A stretch of DNA of 63,780 nucleotides, the filler included, from Actinomycetota bacterium (lineage in GTDB: Bacteria > Actinomycetota > Acidimicrobiia > IMCC26256 > VFJJ01): assembly GCA_009886115.1 (NCBI GenBank). It is 4 parts of 4 records of this genome, joined end to end, with 100 filler letters (N's around TTAATTAATTAA, not from the genome) between each part and the next. Parts side by side here need not be neighbours in the genome. Positions count along the whole stretch, not along the records: positions 1 to 18,568 come from VFJJ01000128.1; 3 more parts are not named here. One strand, written 5' to 3'. The notes beneath the pieces were generated by a model, which was not told the DNA's origin, made no database searches, and was given only the letters and a program-made list of their open reading frames with translations. Made by a program: the position numbers and the translations under genes. Positions 9,197-18,344 of the stretch are shown piece after piece. Positions within the stretch are counted from its first letter, which is position 1, and each line of letters starts with the position of its first letter.

Positions 9197-11023
9197 CTAC
9201 GGCGGCGGGGGAGCGGTCGTGGGCGCGGTCGTGGTTCCAGCCGGGACGGTCGTCTGGTCGGGTGGCACGGTCGTGGCTCCGGGCACCGTTGTCGCTCCCG
9301 GAAGCGTGGTCGTCGTCTCGCCGGGAAGGGTTGTCGTCGTTGTCGTGGATGTGGTCGTGGTGGGGATGGTCGGCTCACCGCGGCAGTTCAGCCCCTCGGC
9401 TGGCCGGTACTGCGCGAACACCTCGTCGTTCTTGACCGTCCCGTCGGGATAGGTCCGGCGGCGGCGCGTGATCACGCGGGTGCACTGCTCCTGGGCCCGA
9501 TCTTCCTGACCCGTCTGCTCGACGACCACGTGCTTGGTCGAGTACAGGTTGACGGTGAGCGAGGTGTCGTCGTACTCGGGCCAGATGAGGATGCCGTAGG
9601 GCGTGGTGTTCTCGATGCTCAGGTCGGGGTGGGGGAAGCTCAGCGTGGCCTCGCGCCCGCGCGGGTAGCGGCTGATGTAGATGGAATGGCTCTGGTATTC
9701 CTCGAAGTCGAGGCCGGCGAAGTACGCGGCGTTGAACATCGTCGTGGCGAACTGCGAGATCCCGCCACCGACGGCGTCCTCGAACACGCCGTTCTCGATG
9801 ACGTGCGCCACCACGAAACCCTTCTCCACCGTGCGGGGGCCGACGAAGTCGTTCACCGAGAAGGTCTCGCCGGGGAGGATCACCTGACCGCGGATCAAGT
9901 CGGCGATCCGGTGGATGTTGTCCACCCGGTCCTCGCAGCAGCGGTGCCTGGTGGTGAACGAGCCCACGAGCTCGGTGATGCCGAGGGCTTCGGCCTCAGC
10001 AAGCTCCTGGGCCGGGACGGCCGTACGGAGGGTGACCCGCACGGGCCGGGGGGTCGCGGGGTCGTCGGCCAGGGCCTCGGTCACGTCGATCGCGGTCGAG
10101 GGGTCACAACAGACCTGACCGCCGGGAGGGGGGACGATCACGACCGTGCCGAACGCCACGGAGAAGGTGGCGTCGCCCGAGCTCGTGCCCCGGTCTTCGA
10201 GCAACGTCGCGAGATCGCGCAGGATGCGATCCTGGTCGAGCGTCAGCAGCACACCCTGGTCGCCGCCGATGATGGGGCGCCACCAGCCTCGGATCGTGTC
10301 GGCCGGGACCTCGACCGTATCGGGGTCGTCGCCCACACGCAGCTCGAGACCCGATCGCGATCGCCGTTCGGCGTCGTCGATGAGGGTCTCGACGGCGGTG
10401 TCGGTCACTCGCGGGGCGACGGCCACCGTGGTGACGTCGATGGTGATCGAGCCGGCCGACAGCGCAGAGCCGACCGGGAGGGCGTTGAGCACCGACGTCG
10501 GATCGACGCGGGAGCCCGCAACGCCGGGACTCAGCGCCAGCCGACCGTCGATGATCGTCACCGTGGGCTCCCGGGGCTCGATCGCGGTTGACGCGAGCAG
10601 CTCGGGCGCCTGGCTGAGCACACGGCCCTCGTCGATGTCGAAGAGGACCTGGGCACGGTGCTCGGCGAGATGTGAGCCGATCCACTCGAACGGCCGGAGG
10701 GCGAAGGGAGCATCGGGCTGGCCGAGCCGACGGACGGCTTCGATGGTGGTCTCGGTGTCGACCGAGATCCCGAGAGCTCCTGCGGTCGTCGTGATGATGT
10801 CGTCGCCGACGCGGAGCTCGACGGGCGTGGCCGAGTACCCCGCAGCGATCTCGGCGACCAGCGCGGTCAGCTCGGCGTCGTCGAGACCCGAGACGTCGCG
10901 TCCGGCCAGGGTCACGTTCCTCGCCACGCCGCCATCGTCGAGCGCCGCGGCGATGCCCCAGATCGCGAAGAGCGCGAGGATCCCTGCACCGAGCGCCGCG
11001 CTCCACGGCCGCCAGGATCGCAT
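9197..11023 (-). CDS. VanW family protein with N-terminal anchor, putative peptidoglycan-binding domains and Thr/Pro-rich tail
   Basis: ILPGETFSVNDFVGPRT, GGGISQFATTMFNAA, HSIYISRYPRGREAT. Confidence 0.85.
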   Translation of the reverse strand: MRSWRPWSAALGAGILALFAIWGIAAALDDGGVARNVTLAGRDVSGLDDAELTALVAEIAAGYSATPVELRVGDDIITTTAGALGISVDTETTIEAVRRLGQPDAPFALRPFEWIGSHLAEHRAQVLFDIDEGRVLSQAPELLASTAIEPREPTVTIIDGRLALSPGVAGSRVDPTSVLNALPVGSALSAGSITIDVTTVAVAPRVTDTAVETLIDDAERRSRSGLELRVGDDPDTVEVPADTIRGWWRPIIGGDQGVLLTLDQDRILRDLATLLEDRGTSSGDATFSVAFGTVVIVPPPGGQVCCDPSTAIDVTEALADDPATPRPVRVTLRTAVPAQELAEAEALGITELVGSFTTRHRCCEDRVDNIHRIADLIRGQVILPGETFSVNDFVGPRTVEKGFVVAHVIENGVFEDAVGGGISQFATTMFNAAYFAGLDFEEYQSHSIYISRYPRGREATLSFPHPDLSIENTTPYGILIWPEYDDTSLTVNLYSTKHVVVEQTGQEDRAQEQCTRVITRRRRTYPDGTVKNDEVFAQYRPAEGLNCRGEPTIPTTTTSTTTTTTLPGETTTTLPGATTVPGATTVPPDQTTVPAGTTTAPTTAPPPP

Positions 11024-11225
11024 GGCGCGCCAAGGCACCAGGGGAAGTTTCGTCACGCACTGCGAGTGTACGGGCGTCCGATCCGAATTCCTCGTCGGCC
11101 TCCGACGCTGATCGGACCGATCGCGACTGCCTGCTGGAGCGGCGCTGGGGAGGGAGATCCCCGCCGGTCGTCCGGCTGCGTCATCGCCGGACGGGATCGA
11201 TCCTCGGCGGCATAACCTGGGATCC

Positions 11226-12128
11226 ATGTACGAGATCCACGAGCGGCCCCACCTCGACGAGCCGGTGCTCGTCGTCCGGCTCGAAGGGTGGATCGACGCC
11301 GGGTTCGCCGCAGCCGAGGCCATGCGGCTCCTGCTCGAGCAGTGCGCGACCTCCACCGTGGCCCGATTCGACACCGATGCCCTGCTCGACCACCGATCTC
11401 GTCGGCCGACCATGCGCCTCGAGGACGGCATCAATCGTGGGCTCCACTGGCCGGCCATCGAGCTTCGCGCCGGGCGCGACCGCAGCGGCCGCGACCTGTT
11501 GCTCCTCGCCGGCGTCGAGCCCGATCACCGATGGCCGTCGTTCGCCCGAGCCGTGGTGGAGCTGGCCCAGGAGCTCGGAGCTCGGATGGTCGTGGGCCTC
11601 GGGGCCTTCCCCACCATGGTCCCGCATTCTCGACCCACGCTGCTCAGCGCGACGGCGTCGAGCGCTGCGTTGGCGGAGCGTGTGGGGTTCCTTCCTGGGC
11701 GCATGGACGTTCCGGCCGGGATCCAGGCGGCCATCGAGGAGGCCGCGGCGCTCGCCGACATCCCGGCGGTCGGGCTCTGGGCCCGGGTGCCGCACTACGT
11801 GGCCTCGAATCCCTTCCCGGCGGCCGCTGCGGCCCTCGTCGACGGTCTCGCCGAGCTGACGGGCATGACGATCGACACCGGCAGGTTGGCCCGCTCGGCA
11901 GATGACCTCAGGGCGCGCATCGACGCAGCCGTCGAGGCGAACGATGAGCACCGGTCGTCGTTGCGCCAGTTGGAAGCCGACTTCGACGCGGCCGTGGCCG
12001 CGGGCACCGGCATCACCACGCTCGGACGGTCGCCCGTCGACCTCCCGTCAGGCGACGAGTTGGCCGCCGAGCTCGAGCAGTTCCTCGCGCAGCTCGAGAT
12101 CCGCCGCGACGGTGGCGAGAGCGACTGA
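11226..12128 (+). CDS. PAC2 family (proteasome assembly chaperone-like) protein
   Basis: LEGWIDAG, LLDHRSRRP, GVEPDHRW, VPHSRP, LWARVPHY, PSGDELAAELEQFL. Confidence 0.9.
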   Translation: MYEIHERPHLDEPVLVVRLEGWIDAGFAAAEAMRLLLEQCATSTVARFDTDALLDHRSRRPTMRLEDGINRGLHWPAIELRAGRDRSGRDLLLLAGVEPDHRWPSFARAVVELAQELGARMVVGLGAFPTMVPHSRPTLLSATASSAALAERVGFLPGRMDVPAGIQAAIEEAAALADIPAVGLWARVPHYVASNPFPAAAAALVDGLAELTGMTIDTGRLARSADDLRARIDAAVEANDEHRSSLRQLEADFDAAVAAGTGITTLGRSPVDLPSGDELAAELEQFLAQLEIRRDGGESD

Positions 12129-12202
12129 CCCCGACGGCACCCTGAGCGGGTCCTTCGGGACGGCGGGCACGCTCGATCGCCAGCCCGTTGCTGAGGCGGC
12201 CG

Positions 12203-13330
12203 TCAAACCGAGCACGGGACCGACCACACGATGGCGGCGCCGCCCGAGGGCTGGGTGTCGATCACGAACGTGCCGCCGAGCCGGTCGGCCCGCTCGGCCA
12301 TGTTGCGCAGGCCCTGACCGCCCGGGCGCGCCGGGACGACGGCGGGACCGTCGCGGGCGAGCCCGACCCCGTCGTCGGTGACGCGGAGCGTGAGACGACC
12401 GTGGCCGAGCTCGAGGTCGATCTCGACCTGGTGGGCGCGGGCGTGGCGAGCGACGTTCGAGAGAGCCTCCCTGATGGTTGGCACCAACTCGTCGTGGACC
12501 CCAGCGTCGATCGTCGTGTCGACCAGCCCCGTGAAGCGCACGCGGGGCTCGAATCCCAGTGTGCGCGCCGCGTCGGAGGCGATCTCGATGATCTCGGCCC
12601 GCAGGCTGGCCCGTCGTCTCGAGCCCATGCTGAGCCCGAATATCGCCGTGCGGATGTCGCGGATGGTCTCGTCGATCTCGATGATCGCCGTCTCGACCCG
12701 GCTCGCCAGAGCCTCGTTCTCCATGCGAGGCAGCGTCGCCTGCAGTGACAGGCCCACGGCGAAGAGACGCTGGATCACGGTGTCGTGCAGGTCACGGGCG
12801 ATGCGTTCGCGCTCCTCGACGGTGGCCAGTTGCTGCTCGACGCGCCGCATCCTGCGCTCGGCCGCACGGCGCTCGGAGATGTCGCGGACCTGGGCGATCG
12901 TCAAGCGACCGAGTGGCGTCTCGAGCGGGCTGAGCGAGATCTCCACGGGGAACTCGGAGCCGTCGCGTCGCACCCCGGCCAGATCGAGGCCGACACCCAT
13001 CGGGCGGACGTTGGGCCGGTCGTGATACGCCTGCCGTACACGAGCGTGCGACGTTTGGTGGGACCCGGAGATCAGGACCTCGACCGTCTGGCCGACGAGC
13101 TCGTCGCGCGTCCAGCCGAACATGATCTCGGTCTGGTGGTTGACGAAGGCGATCCGCCCGGCTCCGTCGACGACGAGGATTCCGTCGGGGGCACGCTCGA
13201 CGACGTTCGCTGCGAGCACCTCGGGCGTGACGAACGCCAGCCCGTCCCGAGCAGCGTCGAGAGCAGCACGCTCACGGGCTCGTGTGCCCTGTCCCGTCGG
13301 AGCGCGTCGTCCCGATCCGGTCGTGGGCAT
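12203..13330 (-). CDS. PAS-domain sensor histidine kinase (HisKA_3, DevS/DosT-like transmitter)
   Basis: PAS (RRDGSEFPVEISLSP); ERERIARDLHDTVIQRLFAVGL; EALSNVARHA; DDGVG; GLRNMAERA. Confidence 0.9.
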   Translation of the reverse strand: MPTTGSGRRAPTGQGTRARERAALDAARDGLAFVTPEVLAANVVERAPDGILVVDGAGRIAFVNHQTEIMFGWTRDELVGQTVEVLISGSHQTSHARVRQAYHDRPNVRPMGVGLDLAGVRRDGSEFPVEISLSPLETPLGRLTIAQVRDISERRAAERRMRRVEQQLATVEERERIARDLHDTVIQRLFAVGLSLQATLPRMENEALASRVETAIIEIDETIRDIRTAIFGLSMGSRRRASLRAEIIEIASDAARTLGFEPRVRFTGLVDTTIDAGVHDELVPTIREALSNVARHARAHQVEIDLELGHGRLTLRVTDDGVGLARDGPAVVPARPGGQGLRNMAERADRLGGTFVIDTQPSGGAAIVWSVPCSV

Positions 13331-13430
13331 GGGCCGACGTTACCGGGCCGAGATCGGGCACCAGATGACGGGTGTTCCCGGTCGCGCTCGCACAGGCGCT
13401 GGAGCGTGCCGGGTGCGAGCAACCGGCCCG

Positions 13431-13907
13431 TCACCGGCCCATCGAGACCTGGAGGGCGAGACGCAGCGCAGGCAGCCAGGTCGGACCATCGATCGGGCTG
13501 AGAATGGCCTGGAGCGCCGCCGGCATGCCGAGGATCCCGATGGGCAGGTGCGCGTCGTCGACCACGACCAGGCTGCGCACGCCGAGACGCAGCATCATGG
13601 AGAGCGCCTCCACGATCGTGGTGTGGCAGTGCACCGCGAGCGGGTGCGGCGTGGCCACGAGCACGGCGGGCGCGTCGTGTTCGCGGCCGTGGGCCACCGC
13701 CCGGGTGATGTCGTGCTCGGTGAGGATGGCGTCGGTCCCCCCGATGAGCACCGCCCCACATCCGTGCACGAGCAGCGCCCGGGCCGCATCTCCGATGCTG
13801 GCATCGGGGGACAACACCACGGTCTCGCCGAGGGCGACGTCGGCGACGACCCTCGGGCCGCTCGCTCCCGGGCTCCGACCTGCTCCCTGACCGGTACCTT
13901 GGCTCAT
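13431..13907 (-). CDS. CBS domain-containing protein
   Basis: Tandem CBS: SIGDAARAL...ILTEHDI; TIVEALSMM..GVRSLVVVD. Confidence 0.8.
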   Translation of the reverse strand: MSQGTGQGAGRSPGASGPRVVADVALGETVVLSPDASIGDAARALLVHGCGAVLIGGTDAILTEHDITRAVAHGREHDAPAVLVATPHPLAVHCHTTIVEALSMMLRLGVRSLVVVDDAHLPIGILGMPAALQAILSPIDGPTWLPALRLALQVSMGR

Positions 13908-14392
13908 GACGGGCTCCTCTCGTGGCGGGTGGTCGGGTCGCCGCCGTCCAGACCGGTGCCGACGCGCCAGGCCAGCTCACCGAGGAAGACCCGCAATGAC
14001 GCGTTGGCCACGTGACGCAGGACAGCCGGCGTGATCTCCGGCAGCGCCTGGGGCCGGACGGCTCCGTCGATGCCGAGGTGGGTGACGCTCGGAGCGACCT
14101 GCTCGATCCGGAGATCGGTGTCGAGCGGGCTCTCGCCGCCGAATCCACCGGCCAACCAGCGGAGCGGGATGACCGCAGCGCCCGATCCGACCCGGGGATG
14201 GCCCATGGTGGCACCCAACGTGGACAAGGCTCTGACCGTCGAGTGCTCCACGCCGATGACCCGAGCGATCTCGACGGCCGCATGTGCCGCGACCGACGAT
14301 GCCGCAGGGATCCACTCGTCGCCGTGGGTGACCAGACGGTCGTAGACATCATCCATCCGTTGGGGAAGCTGCACGAAGTCGTAGACGAACAC
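13904..14392 (-). CDS. Hypothetical protein (possible SRPBCC-like fold)
   Basis: GTG start 6 nt after -10-like CACGAT; ATGA overlap with the CBS gene; PLRW..FPxLDxDL-like segment. Confidence 0.6.
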   Translation of the reverse strand: MFVYDFVQLPQRMDDVYDRLVTHGDEWIPAASSVAAHAAVEIARVIGVEHSTVRALSTLGATMGHPRVGSGAAVIPLRWLAGGFGGESPLDTDLRIEQVAPSVTHLGIDGAVRPQALPEITPAVLRHVANASLRVFLGELAWRVGTGLDGGDPTTRHERSPS

Positions 14393-14427
14393 CCGTCGAT
14401 CGTGCCGCGTCGACCCGTACTCCGCAC

Positions 14428-14463
14428 GGGTCCAAGGTCACGACCGGCCGGGGCTTCGGTCCG
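14428..14463 (-). promoter_or_regulatory. Pair of DosR/DevR-like boxes for the leftward operon
   Basis: GGGTCCAAGGTCAC (14428-14441) and GGGGCTTCGGTCCG (14450-14463), 22 bp apart; resemble GGGAC-N4-G(T/G)CCC. Confidence 0.6.
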
Positions 14464-14510
14464 GAATCCCTGACCGCGCGATCGCGGTTTCGCTCGGGCC
14501 TCGCCAACCC

Positions 14511-14575
14511 GGGACCTTCGGCCCCGGAACCGATGACCTCCGGTCGCTGCGACGTCCGGCGTCGATCCGTACCGT
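14511..14575 (+). promoter_or_regulatory. Pair of DosR/DevR-like boxes plus -10 element for the multicopper oxidase gene
   Basis: GGGACCTTCGGCCC (14511-14524), ATGACCTCCGGTCG (14533-14546), -10 TACCGT (14570-14575). Confidence 0.65.
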
Positions 14576-14638
14576 GGCTCGTGAAGCGCTTCACGAGCGG
14601 GACCGAAGCGCGAGGACCCCAACGAGAGCGGAGACCCC

Positions 14639-16126
14639 ATGTCCGAAGCGCCGCAGCTCAGCTCGACGCCATCGACGCCGGAGACCGACCCGGCGTTCGA
14701 CGACTCGATCATCTGGAAGTTCTTCGTGACGGTCCTGGCGATCGTGGCGGTGATCATCGGCGTGATCGCGCTCGTCGACGACGACACGGCTCCGATCGCC
14801 ACGGTCGGAGGTTCGGGCGCAGCAGCCGGTGGCGCTGCGGCAGCCGGCGACCCGGCGGATGGTCCCGGCGGCCGCATCGCGACTGTCCTGAAGAGCCCGT
14901 TCCAGATCGACCTCGCCGACGACACCGTGCCCGCCGGGGAGATCATCCTCGACGTGGTCAACGAGGACAGCTCGGTGCACAACGTGGCCCTGAGCGACTC
15001 GATCCGTTCAGCCGACCTGGCCGAAGGTGAGACCGAGACGCTGAGCCTGGGCGTGCTCGATCCGGGCAGCTACGAGCTGAGTTGCCTGATTCCCGGCCAT
15101 GCCGCGGCGGGCATGGTGGCGACGCTCACCGTCGTCGATGCCGAGCCCGGTTCGGCCGACGCTGCTGGCACCACCGGCACCACCGTCGCCGGCCACGATC
15201 CGTCCGCGGAGCCCGACTATGCGGCGATGCAGCAAGCCATGCTCGACTCGTTCACGCCGTTCCCGGCCGAGACGCAGGGGACGGGCAACGAGGTGATGGA
15301 GCCCGAGGTGCTCGGCGACGGGACCAAGGTGTTCGATCTCACGGCAGCGATCACACCGTTCGAGACCGAGCCGGGACGGGTCGTCGATGCGTGGACGTAC
15401 AACGGCCAGGTGCCCGGTCCGGTCATCAAGGTCGACGTCGGCGACACCGTTCGGGTCGTGCTGCACAACGAGCTGCCGATGGCCACCGACGTGCACTTCC
15501 ACGGGATCCGCACGCCGTTCGAGGCCGACGGCGTCGCGCCGATCACCCAGGATCCGATCCTGCCCGGCGAGGAGTTCACGTATGAGTTCACCGTCGAGGA
15601 GCCGGCGGTCGGCATGTTCCACGCTCACTTCGGCGCCCAGATGAGCGTCCCCAACGGGCTGCTCGGCACGTTCCTGGTCGGTCAGATGCCGCTACCCGAG
15701 GTGCTCCCCGGTGGCGCCGGTCGAGCGTCGGAGGACGATCCGCCGACGACGGTCGACCAGGAGATCCCGATGGTGCTCAACGACGCCGGAGTGATCGGTC
15801 TCACCATCAACGGCAAGGGCTTCCCGGCGACCACGCCGATCGTCGCCGACGAAGGCGACTGGCTCATGATCCACTACGAGAACGAAGGCCTGCTCGTGCA
15901 CCCGATGCACCTGCACCAGTTCCCGCAGCTCGTCATCGCCAAGGACGGCCTGGCCCTCGATCAGCCCTACTGGGCTGACACCGTGTTGGTGGGCCCGGGC
16001 GAGCGCTACACCGTGCTCGTGCACGCCGACGTGGTGGGGACCTGGGTCTGGCACTGCCACATCCTCACCCACGCCGAACGCGAGGAAGGCATGTTCGGCA
16101 TGGTCACGGCCCTGGTCGTCCAGTAG
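14639..16126 (+). CDS. Membrane-anchored cupredoxin fused to a two-domain multicopper oxidase
   Basis: N-terminal TM helix; HNV...CLIPGHAAAGM type-1 Cu site; VHFHG, FHAH, HPMHLH, WHCHILTH..GMFGM. Confidence 0.85.
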   Translation: MSEAPQLSSTPSTPETDPAFDDSIIWKFFVTVLAIVAVIIGVIALVDDDTAPIATVGGSGAAAGGAAAAGDPADGPGGRIATVLKSPFQIDLADDTVPAGEIILDVVNEDSSVHNVALSDSIRSADLAEGETETLSLGVLDPGSYELSCLIPGHAAAGMVATLTVVDAEPGSADAAGTTGTTVAGHDPSAEPDYAAMQQAMLDSFTPFPAETQGTGNEVMEPEVLGDGTKVFDLTAAITPFETEPGRVVDAWTYNGQVPGPVIKVDVGDTVRVVLHNELPMATDVHFHGIRTPFEADGVAPITQDPILPGEEFTYEFTVEEPAVGMFHAHFGAQMSVPNGLLGTFLVGQMPLPEVLPGGAGRASEDDPPTTVDQEIPMVLNDAGVIGLTINGKGFPATTPIVADEGDWLMIHYENEGLLVHPMHLHQFPQLVIAKDGLALDQPYWADTVLVGPGERYTVLVHADVVGTWVWHCHILTHAEREEGMFGMVTALVVQ

Positions 16127-16277
16127 CAGGCTGGGGCTGTGCTCGTGGCGTGAGGCCGACGGTCGCCGTTGCCGCCGTTGGACGCCGTTGGTCGGCGCCT
16201 CGTTGGTCGGCGCCTCGCTGGAGCGGCGAGCGAGCGGTGGTCAGCCGCCCCGGCTGCCACGATTACGCTCCCGGCCG

Positions 16278-17246
16278 ATGGCCACGGGGTTCGGTATCGG
16301 CGCAGCAGGCGATGGGGATGACGACGCGCCCATCGTCGTCGAAGGGCTGCGCAAGAGCTACGGCGATCACGAGGCGGTGCGGGGCATCGATCTGACGGTC
16401 CGGCGGGGCGAGGTCGTGGCCTTCCTCGGGCCCAACGGCGCCGGCAAGACGACGACCGTCGAGATCCTCGAGGGCTATCGCCAACCGTCGGCCGGGCGGG
16501 TCAGGGTGCTGGGATTCGACCCCGCGTCACGCCAGCCGGAGCTGCGCAGCCGCATCGGGATCGTGTTGCAGGAGTCGGGCCTGATCCCGTACCTGACCGT
16601 GCGGGAGACGGTCGACGCCTTCGGGCGCATGTACCCCAACCCGCTCGACACCGACGATGCCCTGGCCCGGGTGGGTCTCGAGTACCGGTCGAAGGTCTTG
16701 GTGAAGGACCTCTCGGGCGGCGAGAGCCGGCGGCTCGATCTGGCCCTGGGAACGATCGGCCGCCCGGAGCTGCTGTTCCTCGACGAGCCCACGACCGGCT
16801 TCGACCCTGCGGCCCGGCGTTCGGCGTGGTCGCTCATCCGCGGGCTCGTCGACGATGGGACGACCGTCTTCCTCACGACGCACTACCTGGAGGAGGCCCG
16901 GGCGCTCGCCGACCGGGTCATCGTGATCAGTCAGGGGCTCATCGTCGCTCAAGGGTCGCCCGACGAGCTCCAGGCCCAGTTCGGGGGTCGGGCCCGCATC
17001 CGATTCCTGATGCCCGTGAACCTGTCGGCGCGCCTCCTTCCCCAGTTCGGCCCGATGACCGAGGTGCTCATCGGTGATCGCCACGTGGAGATCGTCAGCC
17101 CCCAGGTCACCCGGGCCCTGCACATCCTCGCCGGCTGGGCGGTGGGGCGCGGCCACGAGCTCGAAGGCCTGAGCGTCGACCGTCCCACGCTCGAGGACGC
17201 GTACCTGGCGATCGTCGGGGCCGACCCGCCGGCGGAGTCGTCGTGA
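16278..17246 (+). CDS. ABC transporter ATP-binding protein
   Basis: GPNGAGKT, LSGGE, LFLDEPT, TTHY. Confidence 0.95.
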   Translation: MATGFGIGAAGDGDDDAPIVVEGLRKSYGDHEAVRGIDLTVRRGEVVAFLGPNGAGKTTTVEILEGYRQPSAGRVRVLGFDPASRQPELRSRIGIVLQESGLIPYLTVRETVDAFGRMYPNPLDTDDALARVGLEYRSKVLVKDLSGGESRRLDLALGTIGRPELLFLDEPTTGFDPAARRSAWSLIRGLVDDGTTVFLTTHYLEEARALADRVIVISQGLIVAQGSPDELQAQFGGRARIRFLMPVNLSARLLPQFGPMTEVLIGDRHVEIVSPQVTRALHILAGWAVGRGHELEGLSVDRPTLEDAYLAIVGADPPAESS

Positions 17247-17256
17247 CGGGGTCGTC

Positions 17257-18096
17257 GTGAAGCCGTCGACGGCCGTCCTCGTCTCGCAGATCAGGCTGGA
17301 GCAGAAGAGCTTCTGGCGCAACCGCCAAGCGGCCGCGTTCTCGTTCCTGATGCCGTTGCTGTTGCTCGTGATGTTCGCCGCGATCTTCGATGGCGACGTG
17401 GCCCCCGGGCTCGACTTCCGAAGGTACTTCGTGGCCGGGATGCTCGGCGTGTCGATCATGTCGGCCACGTACACGAACCTGGCGATCACGTTGTCGTTCC
17501 ACCGCGACCTGCTGATCCTCAAGCGGCTGCGGGGTACCCCGTTGTCGACCTCGGCGCTCTTCGCCGCCAAGGCGGCGTCGTCGGTGGTGCTCGTGGTGAT
17601 CCAGACGATCCTCGTGCTCGTGGTCGGCCGGCTGTTCTACGACGTCGCCTTCCCCGCGAACTGGCTGGCGTTCGTCTTCTTCGTGGTGCTCGGGGTCGTG
17701 GTGTTCGTGTCGGTGGGGATCGCCTTTACGGTGTTCATCCCCAATGCCGACTCGGCCCCGGCCATGGTGCAGATGCCGTTCCTCGTGCTCCAGTTCGCCT
17801 CCGGGGTCTTCTTCTCGTACCACGAGACCCCGGCCGTGCTGCGCTGGATCGCCAACGTGTTCCCGTTGCGGTGGCTGCTGGAGGGGCTGCGCGCCGGATA
17901 CCTGGGCCTCGACTTCGTGCACGTCACCAAGGCCCCCGACCCCGACGGTGCCGGCTCGGTGTTCATCCCCGACACCGTCAGCGGCTTCGGGGCCATCACC
18001 TCGCAATGGCTCGGCATCCTCATCATGCTCGCCTGGTTCGCCGCGTCGGGTTGGGTCGCCCTCCGCCACTTCCGCTGGGAAAAGCGCACCGGGTAA
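17257..18096 (+). CDS. ABC-2 type transporter permease
   Basis: FWRNRQAAAFSFLMP, ILKRLRGTP, multiple TM helices. Confidence 0.9.
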   Translation: MKPSTAVLVSQIRLEQKSFWRNRQAAAFSFLMPLLLLVMFAAIFDGDVAPGLDFRRYFVAGMLGVSIMSATYTNLAITLSFHRDLLILKRLRGTPLSTSALFAAKAASSVVLVVIQTILVLVVGRLFYDVAFPANWLAFVFFVVLGVVVFVSVGIAFTVFIPNADSAPAMVQMPFLVLQFASGVFFSYHETPAVLRWIANVFPLRWLLEGLRAGYLGLDFVHVTKAPDPDGAGSVFIPDTVSGFGAITSQWLGILIMLAWFAASGWVALRHFRWEKRTG

Positions 18097-18144
18097 GCGC
18101 CTGGTAACCCGTCTCCGGTCGATGCTCGCCCGGCCAAGATCTCC

Positions 18145-18335
18145 CTTGACACGAGAGTTGCTGATGACTTCCCAGCATCGATGGAGGCCATCGGCTTGGA
18201 AGATTTCAAGCCCATATGTGGGCAAGTTCCCCCGGAAGGAAGGTGCCAGCATGAGGGGCTGACCTGCAACCCGACCTGGACGAGCTGGCACTGAAGTGCG
18301 CGGTACACCCCGGTCAGCCGGAACTATGAGAGGCC
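18145..18335 (+). mobile_element. Putative transposase-less IS110-family remnant (non-coding ends retained), or other structured ncRNA
   Basis: Lower-GC non-coding stretch with many hairpins; RBS GGAAGGAAGG followed by ATGA at 18251 but no real ORF; the IS110 assignment is from recollection of actinobacterial IS110 ends and is unverified. Confidence 0.5.
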
Positions 18336-18344
18336 ACCGGTGGG

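Noticed and set aside
9197..11023. VanW (and the APH-like gene at 5225-6388) as antibiotic-resistance genes
   Set aside because: No vanHAX/vanRS context; both families are widespread with non-resistance roles.
14639..16126. nirK (copper nitrite reductase) call
   Set aside because: The type-1 Cys is in the last domain with a full HxH/HCH set, which fits a small-laccase-type oxidase.
18145..18335. Ms1/6S RNA, tRNA or known riboswitch identity for the structured region
   Set aside because: No cloverleaf or riboswitch consensus that I recognise, and no downstream gene to regulate; an Rfam scan is needed to exclude these formally.
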